64,000 bases of DNA from Acidobacteriota bacterium (GTDB lineage Bacteria > Acidobacteriota > UBA6911 > RPQK01 > G965248645), in the NCBI GenBank assembly GCA_965248645.1, contig OZ252113.1:2885428-2949427 (forward strand), read 5' to 3'. Of this stretch, positions 9,407-19,086 are shown one piece after another (within the stretch, counting starts at the first letter, position 1; each line of letters begins with the position of its first letter). Under the pieces are notes generated by a model. The model searched no databases and was not told where the DNA came from. It saw nothing but the letters and a program-made list of their open reading frames with translations. Both the position numbers and the translations under genes were made by a program.

Positions 9407-10572
9407 AGGTTAAAACAGGACTTGAGGTTCTACTAGAAGAGCGCCTGGAGTTGCTTCGTAGGAAACGTATCGGTCTAATCGCCAATCCCAGTTCCGTGAA
9501 CAGTCGTCTGCAACATGTTCTTGACTTGTTCCTGGACCATCCTGAGATCGAGTTGACCACGGTTCTGGGTCCTCAGCACGGAGCCTACGGCCAAACCCAG
9601 GAGAACATGATCGAGTGGGAGGATCACCGGGATGACATGAGCGGTCTTCCCGTCTTTAGCCTCTACGGAAAGACCAGGGTGCCAACCCTCGAAATGCTCG
9701 CCCAGGTCGACCTCTTAGTTTTTGATCTGCAGGACGTGGGAGCCCGCTATTACACCTTCATTCACACCATGGCCCTGGCCATGCAAGCCTGCCGCCGACA
9801 AGGCAAATCCTTCCTTGTCCTGGACCGTCCCAATCCGATCGGAGGAGTAGAGTTAGAAGGCACTGTACTGGACCCCCGTTTTCGGTCTTTCGTCGGACTC
9901 TACCCCCTGGCCATACGCCACGGAATGACCACTGGAGAGCTGGCACTCTATTTTGACCGAGAATTTGGGATTGGATGCTCACTTGAAGTGGTTGAAATGC
10001 AGGGCTGGAGTCGAGATCTGTTTTTCGAAGATACCCGACTCCCGTGGATCATGCCCTCCCCCAACATGCCCAGTCCGGAGACCGCCTTCCTCTACGCTGG
10101 CCTATGTTTGCTGGAAAGCACCAACGTTTCCGAAGGGAGAGGGACCACCAGGCCCTTTGAACTCAGCGGTGCACCCTGGATCGAACCGCGACAACTGATA
10201 GCGTACCTGAAGGGAATGTACCTCCCCGGCACCTTGTTTCGTCCTGTTCGCTTCATCCCCACCTTCCACAAATGGTCCGGAAAAATGGTGGGAGGAGTTC
10301 AGGTTCACGTGCTCAATCGAAAGGAATTTCTACCCTTTCGCACCGGGATCGCCTTGGTGAAAGCTTATCGGGAACTGGGAGGAGAGCATTTCCAGTGGAA
10401 AACTCCCCCCTACGAGTACGAGTACGAGAAGCTTCCCTTCGATATCCTCTGTGGCAATGACCGCGTCCGCAAGCTGATCGAAGAGGATGCCTCACTTGAG
10501 ACCATCGAACAATCCTGGCGCCAAGAATTAGGAGAATTCAAGGAATTAAGACGGAAATATCTGTTATATTGA
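9403..10572 (+). CDS. DUF1343 family protein (exo-beta-N-acetylmuramidase NamZ-like), no signal peptide
   Basis: 389 aa. RIGLIANPSSVNS...TVLGPQHG...DLQDVGARYYTF... is the DUF1343 signature. ATGA overlap with the mqnA stop. Confidence 0.8.
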   Translation: MKVKTGLEVLLEERLELLRRKRIGLIANPSSVNSRLQHVLDLFLDHPEIELTTVLGPQHGAYGQTQENMIEWEDHRDDMSGLPVFSLYGKTRVPTLEMLAQVDLLVFDLQDVGARYYTFIHTMALAMQACRRQGKSFLVLDRPNPIGGVELEGTVLDPRFRSFVGLYPLAIRHGMTTGELALYFDREFGIGCSLEVVEMQGWSRDLFFEDTRLPWIMPSPNMPSPETAFLYAGLCLLESTNVSEGRGTTRPFELSGAPWIEPRQLIAYLKGMYLPGTLFRPVRFIPTFHKWSGKMVGGVQVHVLNRKEFLPFRTGIALVKAYRELGGEHFQWKTPPYEYEYEKLPFDILCGNDRVRKLIEEDASLETIEQSWRQELGEFKELRRKYLLY

Positions 10573-10602
10573 AGTGCTTCTAGTCCATATTCCTCACCTA
10601 CT

Positions 10603-11160
10603 ATGAGTCTGGAGACAGAAGTCAAAGTTGAAATTGACTCTTCCGATCTCGAGCCCATTCGTCATCAACTCATAGAACTCGGCGCCCGCCGTGTTTTCGA
10701 GCGAGGCAGAGAAGAGAATTTTCTCTTCGACTTTCCCAAACCACGCTTGGCGCCCTCAGGATGTACTTTAAGGCTACGAACCTATGCAAACCAAACCCTG
10801 TTGACCTTTAAAGAAAAAGTACAGCCCGACTCTCTGTTTAAGAAAAGAGAGGAGCTGGAAACACAAGTAGAAAATGGGGAAATTGGGTGTCGCATTCTCC
10901 AAGCACTGGGCCTCCGGATCCAATTTCACTATTGGAAATTCCGCGAAATTTACCAGCTCTCCTCGAAACACCACACCGCTTCTATCTGCCTGGATGAAAC
11001 TCCCGTTGGTACCTTTATTGAAATCGAGGCCCCGGAGAAAACCATTCAGACGATCGCTAAGCAGTTGGGTTTCCCCCCCGAATGCTTCATCCGAAAGGGG
11101 TACATTGAGATTTACCGGGAAAGGCTGGGCACGTGGGTCTCGCCCGCGCCTGACGGCTGA
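10603..11160 (+). CDS. CYTH-domain protein (triphosphate tunnel metalloenzyme / class IV adenylate cyclase family)
   Basis: 185 aa. N-terminal ExExK-type motif (LETEVKVEID), with size and pattern typical of CyaB/ThTPase-like proteins. Confidence 0.72.
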   Translation: MSLETEVKVEIDSSDLEPIRHQLIELGARRVFERGREENFLFDFPKPRLAPSGCTLRLRTYANQTLLTFKEKVQPDSLFKKREELETQVENGEIGCRILQALGLRIQFHYWKFREIYQLSSKHHTASICLDETPVGTFIEIEAPEKTIQTIAKQLGFPPECFIRKGYIEIYRERLGTWVSPAPDG

Positions 11161-11208
11161 CAGCCGACCGGGACCTACGGTCCACCTGACCGTCTTGAGA
11201 ATAGCAGA

Positions 11209-12333
11209 ATGAACCGTTCGAATGAGCCCATGGGAATGATTCTGGCAGCCGGGTTGGGCCGCAGACTCCAGCCCTTGACCTTCTTTCGTGCCAAACCGGC
11301 CATTCCTTTTCTCAATCGTCCCCTCATCCGGTACACCTTGGAACTTTTTAAGCGCGCCCGGATCGAAGACATCGTGATCAATTTACACCACCTTCCCGAA
11401 TCTGTAGTTGAAGCGGTGGGAGAGGACTATCCCAGAGTCGTTTTTTCCCACGAAAAAACGACTCTGGGAACAGCTGGAGCACTCAATAAGGTGCACAGGA
11501 TTTTAGAGGGCAAGACTCTGGTCATTGCCAACGGCAAGATCTATTTTGAGCAAGATCTCCGAGAAGCTATCCAGTTCCACGAAGAAAATGGATCCCTAGC
11601 CACACTAGTGCTAGTCCCCTACTTCCTACAGGCGTCCTTTAATCCAGTCTTCCTAGACCAGGACCACAACGTCGTCGGCTTCGGCTCCGACAACGATTCG
11701 GTGGCCAGGTGGGCCACAGGCCCACATTATCGTCCCGGAGGGCCGAGTCAACCGCTCGGTGCGCCCAACGCCCGCGTTAGCGGTTACAAGCGCCAAGGGC
11801 ATGCCTCATCTGTCAGACCTTATATCTTCACTGGAGTACACATTCTCTCTCCGGGGGCACTTGACTTCATTCCTGAGGGTGTCTCGGACACCGTGAAAGG
11901 CCTGTATCCCCGCCTGATTAGCGAAGGGAAATCGGTGCGCGGTTTCATCAGCAGTGCTCACTGGTGCGAGTGCAGTTTGCCGAGCCAATATCTTTCCAAC
12001 TCGCTGGAACTACTCGCCAGGAATGGTCTACCCAACATGCTTCAAAGTCAGATTCAGGGGACCTGCCACAAGGTAATTGCCGGTCAGGGAGTACGGATCA
12101 GCTCTGGATCGCGGCTGGAAAGATGTGTCGTCTGGGATGGCGTAAAGATCGGCCCGGGGAACCGCCTATCGGATGTGATCATCACCGGCAACGTAACGCT
12201 TGCCAAAAAGATGGACCTGCACAAAGCTGTAATTACCCCGATTCTCGAAGGGAACAAAAACAAAACAGCGATTTGCAGTCGCGTCGAAGGAGCAAATTTG
12301 ATCTGGGACTTGTCAGGAGCTAAGGAATCTTGA
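11209..12333 (+). CDS. Sugar-1-phosphate nucleotidyltransferase with C-terminal left-handed beta-helix (MurU/GlmU-like)
   Basis: MILAAGLGRRLQPLTFFRAKPAIPFLNRPLI signature; hexapeptide-like C-terminus (VRISSGSRLERCVVWDGVKIGPGNRL). Contains an extra segment of about 30-40 aa (aa 164-204). Confidence 0.75.
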   Translation: MNRSNEPMGMILAAGLGRRLQPLTFFRAKPAIPFLNRPLIRYTLELFKRARIEDIVINLHHLPESVVEAVGEDYPRVVFSHEKTTLGTAGALNKVHRILEGKTLVIANGKIYFEQDLREAIQFHEENGSLATLVLVPYFLQASFNPVFLDQDHNVVGFGSDNDSVARWATGPHYRPGGPSQPLGAPNARVSGYKRQGHASSVRPYIFTGVHILSPGALDFIPEGVSDTVKGLYPRLISEGKSVRGFISSAHWCECSLPSQYLSNSLELLARNGLPNMLQSQIQGTCHKVIAGQGVRISSGSRLERCVVWDGVKIGPGNRLSDVIITGNVTLAKKMDLHKAVITPILEGNKNKTAICSRVEGANLIWDLSGAKES

Positions 12334-13346
12334 CCCAAGAGCCATCACCGGACTTTGAGCAGCGGGTAACGGATTTCATTCGCCGAGAGTTTCCCGCCCG
12401 GACCCCCAACGAGTCTGTCCATAGGCTAGCCGGTGGTGCTTCTATCCTCCGCTACTTTCGCTACACCACCGGACAAGAAACATTCATCCTGACCGCTCAT
12501 CCGGAGGGCTTCGATCCCCTCCATTTCCCCTACCAACAGGTCTATGACCTGCTGCGTTCAATCGGCCTTCCTGTGCCTGAAATCCTCAGGATAGACGACC
12601 GGTTGGGGATTGTACTTCAGGAGGATCTGGGCGACGAATCGCTCGAGCGCCATCTTTTAGCAGGGACCAGCTGCGAGCGAAAAAAGTATCTCCATCAAGC
12701 AATCGATCACCTCATCCTTCTCCAAAAAAAGGGTCCACGAGCCCTGAAGCCCCACTATCAGGCCGCACAAACGTTCTTTGACAAAAGAAAGCTCAAAGAG
12801 GAACTACTCTTCTTCTTTCTTCACTATCTGGAGGGTCATCGAAAGCAAAAAGTGGAGAGAGAACAGCTCACTTGGGAGTTTTCTGCATTAGCCGGTGAAC
12901 TGGCACAGTTACCTCGCTTTCTCTGCCACCGCGATTATCAGGTCCGGAATCTGATTCTAAAAAAGAACTTACTCTACATCATCGATTTTCAGGATGCACG
13001 CTGGGGTCCGGCTTGTTACGACCTAGTTTCTTTACTGCAGGACTCCATCGAACTGGAGCAGGATCAAATTGGGGAGCACATGAGCTACTTCTTACAACAC
13101 GCAGAGCACCTGGGAGAAGTTGTCAAGCGTCGGCAGGAATTCCAGCAGCAGTTTCACCTCATGTCGATCCAGCGTTTGCTCAAAGCTCTGGGAACCTATG
13201 GCTATCAGACCGCCGTCAAGGGCAATTTGACCTATCAACGATACATGCCGGGTTCGCTCAAGCGGGCACTTCGTTCCTTGCAGTTCATTGCCCGCTTCCC
13301 GTATATTCGCTCCATTGTAGAAAGCGAGTTATCCCACTATCAATGA
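12330..13346 (+). CDS. Aminoglycoside-phosphotransferase-fold sugar kinase, AmgK-like (MurNAc/GlcNAc anomeric kinase candidate)
   Basis: 338 aa. [40 protein letters not shown] matches the AmgK-type catalytic region. TTGA overlap with the upstream nucleotidyltransferase. Confidence 0.7.
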   Translation: MTQEPSPDFEQRVTDFIRREFPARTPNESVHRLAGGASILRYFRYTTGQETFILTAHPEGFDPLHFPYQQVYDLLRSIGLPVPEILRIDDRLGIVLQEDLGDESLERHLLAGTSCERKKYLHQAIDHLILLQKKGPRALKPHYQAAQTFFDKRKLKEELLFFFLHYLEGHRKQKVEREQLTWEFSALAGELAQLPRFLCHRDYQVRNLILKKNLLYIIDFQDARWGPACYDLVSLLQDSIELEQDQIGEHMSYFLQHAEHLGEVVKRRQEFQQQFHLMSIQRLLKALGTYGYQTAVKGNLTYQRYMPGSLKRALRSLQFIARFPYIRSIVESELSHYQ

Positions 13347-13350
13347 TGCC

Positions 13351-14643
13351 ATGCACCTTTACATCGAAGACATTTGCGAACGGCATATCGGTCGAGACAT
13401 AACGCTCAAGGGTTGGCTTTATCAGAAAACTGACAAAGGGAGACTCCGTTTTCTTAAGGTTCGGGACGGCACCGGTATCATCCAGGCGGTGGTCTTCGAG
13501 GGGAATGTTTCCGCAGAGGTTTTCCAGATTGTGGACCGTCTCACCCAGGAATCTTCACTGATCGTCAGCGGACAGGTGCGAGCAGACAAGCGTGCCCCCA
13601 GCGGCTTCGAACTCGACCTGGCCCAGCTCGAGGTGGTACAAGTCGCTGAGCCCTATCCGATCACACCCAAGGAGCACGGAACCGCCTTTTTGATGGACCA
13701 GCGTCACCTATGGTTACGCTCGAGTCGGCAGCAGGCGATTCTGCGGGTTCGCGACGAGTTGATCAAAGGAATACGCGACTTCTTTGACCGCAAGGGATTC
13801 GTGCTGCTCGATACGCCCATCATTACCCCTGCAGCCTGTGAAAACACTACGACTCTCTTCAACGTTCAATACTTTGAGCAAAAGGCCTACCTGACCCAGA
13901 GTGGTCAGCTCTACAACGAAGCTGCCTGCATGTCGATGGGTAAAGTCTACTGCTTCGGACCCACATTCCGGGCCGAAAAATCGAAGACCAGACGCCATCT
14001 GACGGAGTTCTGGATGGTCGAGCCTGAAGCAGCCTACCTTGAGCTAGAGGATCTAATGGCGCTAGCCGAGGACTTAGTTTGTGATGTGGTGGGACGAGTG
14101 CTAGAGCGGAAAAGGGAAGAACTCGAAAGACTCGGGCGGGACACCTCCCTTTTGGAAAAAATCGCCTCCCCCTTTCCTAGAATCACCTACGCGGAAGCCT
14201 TCGACCTACTGGAAAAAGAGGGCACCAAAACACCCCGCGGAGCAGACTTCGGGGGAGGGGACGAAACCATCATTTCCTCCCACTTTGAGAGGCCGGTCCT
14301 GGTTCACCGTTACCCAGCACGGGTCAAGGCCTTCTACATGCAGCCCGATCCGGAAAATGCTGAATTAGCGCTTTGCCTGGACCTGCTGGCTCCGGAGGGC
14401 TACGGGGAGATCATTGGCGGCAGTCAGCGCATTCACGATTATGATTTACTTTTGCTACGCCTCAAGGAACATAACCTTCCCTTGGAGGATTTCCGGTGGT
14501 ATCTAGATCTTCGTAAGTACGGAAGCGTCCCCCATTCGGGTTTCGGCATGGGGATCGAACGAGTATTGGCGTGGCTCTGCGGGCTGGATCACGTTCGCGA
14601 GACGATCCCGTTTCCTAGAATGCTTTACCGTCTTTATCCCTAG
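13351..14643 (+). CDS. asnS: Asparagine--tRNA ligase
   Basis: 430 aa class IIb synthetase: [37 protein letters not shown]-terminal [10 protein letters not shown]. Confidence 0.88.
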   Translation: MHLYIEDICERHIGRDITLKGWLYQKTDKGRLRFLKVRDGTGIIQAVVFEGNVSAEVFQIVDRLTQESSLIVSGQVRADKRAPSGFELDLAQLEVVQVAEPYPITPKEHGTAFLMDQRHLWLRSSRQQAILRVRDELIKGIRDFFDRKGFVLLDTPIITPAACENTTTLFNVQYFEQKAYLTQSGQLYNEAACMSMGKVYCFGPTFRAEKSKTRRHLTEFWMVEPEAAYLELEDLMALAEDLVCDVVGRVLERKREELERLGRDTSLLEKIASPFPRITYAEAFDLLEKEGTKTPRGADFGGGDETIISSHFERPVLVHRYPARVKAFYMQPDPENAELALCLDLLAPEGYGEIIGGSQRIHDYDLLLLRLKEHNLPLEDFRWYLDLRKYGSVPHSGFGMGIERVLAWLCGLDHVRETIPFPRMLYRLYP

Positions 14644-14709
14644 TCCACTTATCCAGTAAAATTGATTGAGCCGACCGATAGGTCGGCCCGCCGAGAGTAG
14701 TTTGCAGCG

Positions 14710-15663
14710 ATGAAAACCCGACTCCTCGAAGGGAAAAAGATAGCGGATCAGATCAAGGCCGAGGTAGCTCAGGTTTTGGAGGTACTGCGAAAACGAGGCT
14801 TGGTGCCGACGTTGGCCGCGGTGCTGGTAGGGAAAAATCCGGCTTCGTGCCTCTACGTGCGGAACAAGACTCGAGCTTGCCACCAGTTGGGAATTCGTTC
14901 GGAACAGATCAAATTAGGAGAGGAAACCACGACCGAGGAGCTGATTGAGGTGATCGGTCGACTCAATCGGAACCAGGAGGTTGATGGAATCCTGGTGCAA
15001 CTGCCACTGCCAGAACAGGTGGATGAAGAAAAGGTGCTAGAGACGATCCATCCGGATAAAGATGTTGATGGTTTTCATCCGATTAACGTGGGGAAACTTT
15101 GCGTCGGTAAGACTTCCCTGGCACCCTGCACTCCGAGCGGCATTCTCGAGATGCTAAAGCGAGAGGGGATAAGACTAGTCGGCGCCCAGGCTGTAGTAGT
15201 TGGGCGCAGCGACATCGTAGGGAAACCGATGGCTCTGTTGTTGCTTCACGAGCACTGCACAGTGACCATCTGTCACTCTCAAACTCGGGATCTTCCCGCC
15301 ATCTGCAGCCAGGCTGATATCCTCGTGGCCGCCATCGGTCGTCCCGCCTTTTTCAGCCGTGAGTTCATCAGGGAAGGCACGGTAGTAGTCGATGTGGGCA
15401 TTAATCGAATTGAAACTCGCGAGGAAGTAACCCGTCTATTTGGAGAAGACTCGATCAAAATGGCTCACCTGGAGAAAAGGGGGTCTGTTCTTGTCGGCGA
15501 TGTGCATCCCCGAGACCCGCTAGGAGTTGCCGCTGCCATCACACCGGTTCCAGGAGGAGTGGGTCCCCTGACCATTGCCCAGCTGATGAAAAATACGGTT
15601 CTAGCGTGTCGCTTGCGACGGCCCAGGCACAACACGGACACATCTCTTAAGGCTGCCCCCTGA
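14710..15663 (+). CDS. folD: Bifunctional methylenetetrahydrofolate dehydrogenase/cyclohydrolase
   Basis: LAAVLVGKNPASCLYVRNK, DGILVQLPLP, VVVGRSDIVGKPMALLL, ITPVPGGVGPLTIA. Confidence 0.95.
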   Translation: MKTRLLEGKKIADQIKAEVAQVLEVLRKRGLVPTLAAVLVGKNPASCLYVRNKTRACHQLGIRSEQIKLGEETTTEELIEVIGRLNRNQEVDGILVQLPLPEQVDEEKVLETIHPDKDVDGFHPINVGKLCVGKTSLAPCTPSGILEMLKREGIRLVGAQAVVVGRSDIVGKPMALLLLHEHCTVTICHSQTRDLPAICSQADILVAAIGRPAFFSREFIREGTVVVDVGINRIETREEVTRLFGEDSIKMAHLEKRGSVLVGDVHPRDPLGVAAAITPVPGGVGPLTIAQLMKNTVLACRLRRPRHNTDTSLKAAP

Positions 15664-15673
15664 CGCACTGAAG

Positions 15674-16633
15674 ATGAAAAGACTTCTACTTCTGGCCCTT
15701 ATCACCCTGAGCGCCTCACCCGCCACCCGAATCACTCCACTGGCCAAATTGAAAGTTGGCAAAGCTCCTCAATTCGCTGCTCTGAGTCCTGATGGACACA
15801 ATCTATTCGTCTCCAATTTTGCCTCAGATGAAATCCAAGTAGTCGACTGCAGCTCAAACACCACTAGGAGAAGCTTTTACGGCGGATTTGAGCCCGTAGG
15901 CATCGCGGTCTCTCCCAATGAAGACAAGATCTTCGTGACAAACTTCGGACCTGGGCTAGTCAAAGTCATCGATGCCCAAAACTATGTGATCCTCGATGAC
16001 ATCAAAGTAGGGGGCAGGCCGAGCAACATCACTATTTCACCCGACGGCTCCACTGCTTTTGTAACCAATTACGGCCATGGGAAAATTGGCCGTGTCGACT
16101 TCATTGATGCCGCCACTCATAGAATTGTTAGCCAGGTGGACATCGGCGTGCGCCCCTTGGCTGCCGCTATCTCCCCAGCCGCTGATCGCCTCTATGTGGT
16201 CTGCAGCGGTTCCAACGACCTATGGATCCTGGACGTGATCAACCGGAGCGTCATGCAAAAACTCGCCGTCGGATCAGGTCCCGACGGGCTGGCCCTGTCT
16301 CCCGACGGCAATACCCTCTATGTATCCAACAGCGGCAGCAACGACCTGTCCGTCATTGACCTCATAGACCTCCATGAGATACGCCGGGTCCCAGTGGGCA
16401 GTAAACCCTTTTCCATCGCTGTCAGCAAGACAGGCTACATCTGCGTAATCGAAAGGGGCCAAAATACGGTTAGTATTCTCACTCCGCAGTTTAAAAAGAT
16501 CACTACCCTGGCGACGGGAAAAAAGTCCGTCGACATCCAGCTTTCCGCCGATGATCGCTACGCTTACGTAACGTCGGAAAAGGAGAACCGGCTTTACGTT
16601 TTCGACATGGAGCCAGTCTTCGACCCACATTAA
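15674..16633 (+). CDS. Secreted YVTN-family beta-propeller repeat protein
   Basis: Signal peptide MKRLLLLALITLSASPA; repeated units of type P.GIA.SPDG..LYV.N..S..I.VID. Confidence 0.75.
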   Translation: MKRLLLLALITLSASPATRITPLAKLKVGKAPQFAALSPDGHNLFVSNFASDEIQVVDCSSNTTRRSFYGGFEPVGIAVSPNEDKIFVTNFGPGLVKVIDAQNYVILDDIKVGGRPSNITISPDGSTAFVTNYGHGKIGRVDFIDAATHRIVSQVDIGVRPLAAAISPAADRLYVVCSGSNDLWILDVINRSVMQKLAVGSGPDGLALSPDGNTLYVSNSGSNDLSVIDLIDLHEIRRVPVGSKPFSIAVSKTGYICVIERGQNTVSILTPQFKKITTLATGKKSVDIQLSADDRYAYVTSEKENRLYVFDMEPVFDPH

Positions 16634-16658
16634 CCATCCCTTGAATCGAAGGGCCGAG

Positions 16659-17609
16659 TTAGGCCGAAACCGCCAAATACCACCTAACAAACCGTCTCAC
16701 ACCTTCTCCTATATATATAGTAGGTATGTACCCCAACTTTTCCCGCGCCCGGGAGATGTCGGCATAAGTGATGGGAACATCGCCCGGTTGTGCTGGCATT
16801 AGACGGAGTCTAGCTTCCTTTCCCAAGGCTGTCTCAATCAAACGGATTAGATCCATCAGTAGAACGGTTTGTGAATTTCCGAGATTGAAAATCTCAAATT
16901 GAGAGGGGTGATCCAGGGCGGCGAGAATTCCCTGAACGATGTCGTCGATGTAGGTGTAATCCCGCTGAGATTTGCCCTCATGGTAAACCTTAACTTCCTT
17001 TCCCTGCTGAATCTGCCGGGTAAACTTGTGAATGGCCATTTCGGGCCGTTGTCTTGGACCGTAGACGGTAAAGAAACGAAGACAAGTAATGGGGATCTGG
17101 TAGTTGTGGTGGTAGACGAAACAGAGTAGCTCCGCGGCTCGCTTGGTTGCGGCATAAGGAGAAATGGGTTTCTCGAGAGTATCGTCTTCATGGAAAGGAA
17201 CCTTGCTGTTGATCCCATAAACGGAAGAGGAACTCCCAAAAATAAAATTCTGGAGACCGTATTCTCTGGCTAATTCGAGTAGATGAGTAGTGCCGGTGAT
17301 GTTGACTTCCGCGTACAGGGCCGGCCCCTGTAGAGAGGGACGGACACCGGCATAGGCCGCCAAATGGATCACTACTTCTGGTCGGTGGGTCTTGAAGATC
17401 TGCTCGAGAGCGGGCCGGTTTAAGAGATCTTCGCGATACAAAATAAACTCCCCTTTCCGACGCAGTTTCTGGACATTCTTCAACTTCAGCTGAGGATCGT
17501 AGAAATCGTTGAAGTTGTCGAATATAATCAAGTCCTGGCCATGTGCGAGCAAACTCTCCGCTAGATGAGAACCGATAAACCCAGCTCCGCCAGTGAGCAA
17601 AATTTTCAT
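16659..17609 (-). CDS. NAD-dependent epimerase/dehydratase, UDP-glucuronate 4-epimerase-like
   Basis: MKILLTGGAGFIGSHL, NFNDFYDP, YAATKRAAE (YxxxK), RFFTVYGPRQRPEMA. Confidence 0.85.
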   Translation of the reverse strand: MKILLTGGAGFIGSHLAESLLAHGQDLIIFDNFNDFYDPQLKLKNVQKLRRKGEFILYREDLLNRPALEQIFKTHRPEVVIHLAAYAGVRPSLQGPALYAEVNITGTTHLLELAREYGLQNFIFGSSSSVYGINSKVPFHEDDTLEKPISPYAATKRAAELLCFVYHHNYQIPITCLRFFTVYGPRQRPEMAIHKFTRQIQQGKEVKVYHEGKSQRDYTYIDDIVQGILAALDHPSQFEIFNLGNSQTVLLMDLIRLIETALGKEARLRLMPAQPGDVPITYADISRAREKLGYIPTIYIGEGVRRFVRWYLAVSA

Positions 17610-17631
17610 ATGTTCCTGAATCGATCCACTC

Positions 17632-18618
17632 CTAGCGATCCACCGTTAGAGCTCGAGACTGACCGCAGTGCTCTTCCCTTTTATAGAAGGAATAGAGGAT
17701 GCCCCCGGGTAGTGAACCTACGATATACACTGCCAGGTTTAATAAGGAGAGAGCAACCGCTATTTCCCCAGATACACCAACCTCCCGAAACAACAGATAA
17801 TACAGACTCTCTCGTAGCCCGATCCCATTGATCGTGACGGGTATCATGGTGCTCAGGTTGACGATAGGAATAAAGACCAACAAGATGGAAAAGGGAGCTT
17901 GAATGTCGATGGCTCGACCCACCACCCATACAATGACCACACTCAGAAACTGGATCAATAAGGACAGGAACAGGGCAAGAATGATGGCTTTCCTGTTTTC
18001 CCGAAGTGAATGGAGTCCCCGGTAGACGAGCTCGACTCTGGCTTCGATTTTTTCCCATCGCCACCTTTTGAGAAGGAAGTTGATCTTCTGGTGAGTCCAA
18101 GAATGGAACAAGGCTAAATTAGCAAGCGAGTATAGCGTGGCCATCAGTAGCAGCAGATAAAAGAGCGAGAGACCCCGTACCTGAATGCCTCGGATGGCTG
18201 CCGCCAGTGTTCCGATGAACAGCAGAGCACAGAGACCCGCGTTGCGCTCCAGAAAAGTAGTCATCAGAGTAGTCGACATCCCTCGCTGTTCCTTTTTCCC
18301 AAGATAGTAAGCTCGAAAGAAGTCCCCTCCGATACCCGTGGGAAGAAACAGATTAAAGAAATGTCCAATGAAGTTAATTCGGACCAGAGGCAAAAAACGC
18401 GGGTAGATATTGAAATTCTCTAGGATGACCTTCCAACGGGCAACTGAAACGAACACACTGCCGACAAACAGCAGAATAGCCAGGATTAAGAGCGGCAGAC
18501 TGGCCGAGGCCAACACCTGAATGAATTCATCGGGAGCATCTATCCGATAGGCTAGGAAGACCACTAAGGAAAGGCTGATCAGTCCCTTGATCAGTATTCT
18601 GCCCGAGATAGCTCTCAT
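17632..18618 (-). CDS. UPF0104 / lysyl-phosphatidylglycerol-synthase-TM-like (flippase-like) membrane protein
   Basis: 328 aa polytopic protein with WKVIL...INFIGHFFNLFLPTGIGGDFFRAYYL, typical of this family. Confidence 0.75.
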   Translation of the reverse strand: MRAISGRILIKGLISLSLVVFLAYRIDAPDEFIQVLASASLPLLILAILLFVGSVFVSVARWKVILENFNIYPRFLPLVRINFIGHFFNLFLPTGIGGDFFRAYYLGKKEQRGMSTTLMTTFLERNAGLCALLFIGTLAAAIRGIQVRGLSLFYLLLLMATLYSLANLALFHSWTHQKINFLLKRWRWEKIEARVELVYRGLHSLRENRKAIILALFLSLLIQFLSVVIVWVVGRAIDIQAPFSILLVFIPIVNLSTMIPVTINGIGLRESLYYLLFREVGVSGEIAVALSLLNLAVYIVGSLPGGILYSFYKREEHCGQSRALTVDR

Positions 18619-18662
18619 TTATTTATCCTTTTCCTCACGACAGCCAACGCCATATAATAACT

Positions 18663-19061
18663 ATGATGCCTGTTTACGAATATGAGTGTCAGGACTGCAG
18701 CCGCCGGTTTTCTCGTTTTTTTTGGCGCATTTCGGATGCAGAGAATACGCGCTGCAGGTGCGGGAGCTGCAGCCTCGAACAACTGATCTCCCGCGTTTCG
18801 ATGGTGCGCTCGGAGGAAAGTCGGTTAGAGAGCTTAGCCGACCCTTCAAAATGGGGAAACATCGATGAAAATGATCCCCAGTCAATGGCCCGGATGATGC
18901 GCAAGATGGGTGGTGAGATAGGTGAGGATTTGGGTCCGGAATTCAACGAAGTGGTGGATCGTCTGGAGGCAGGAGAAGACCCGAAATCCATCGAAAGCTC
19001 CCTGAAAAATGACGGACCAGATGGTCCTTCAACCTCCTACGACAGCGACAACCTCTTTTGA
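18663..19061 (+). CDS. FmdB-family zinc-ribbon protein with acidic tail
   Basis: MPVYEYECQDCSRRFS...RCRCGSCS (CxxC...CxxC) N-terminus characteristic of the FmdB putative-regulator family. Confidence 0.75.
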   Translation: MMPVYEYECQDCSRRFSRFFWRISDAENTRCRCGSCSLEQLISRVSMVRSEESRLESLADPSKWGNIDENDPQSMARMMRKMGGEIGEDLGPEFNEVVDRLEAGEDPKSIESSLKNDGPDGPSTSYDSDNLF

Positions 19062-19086
19062 CTCCCTCACCCATGCAAATCCCTAG

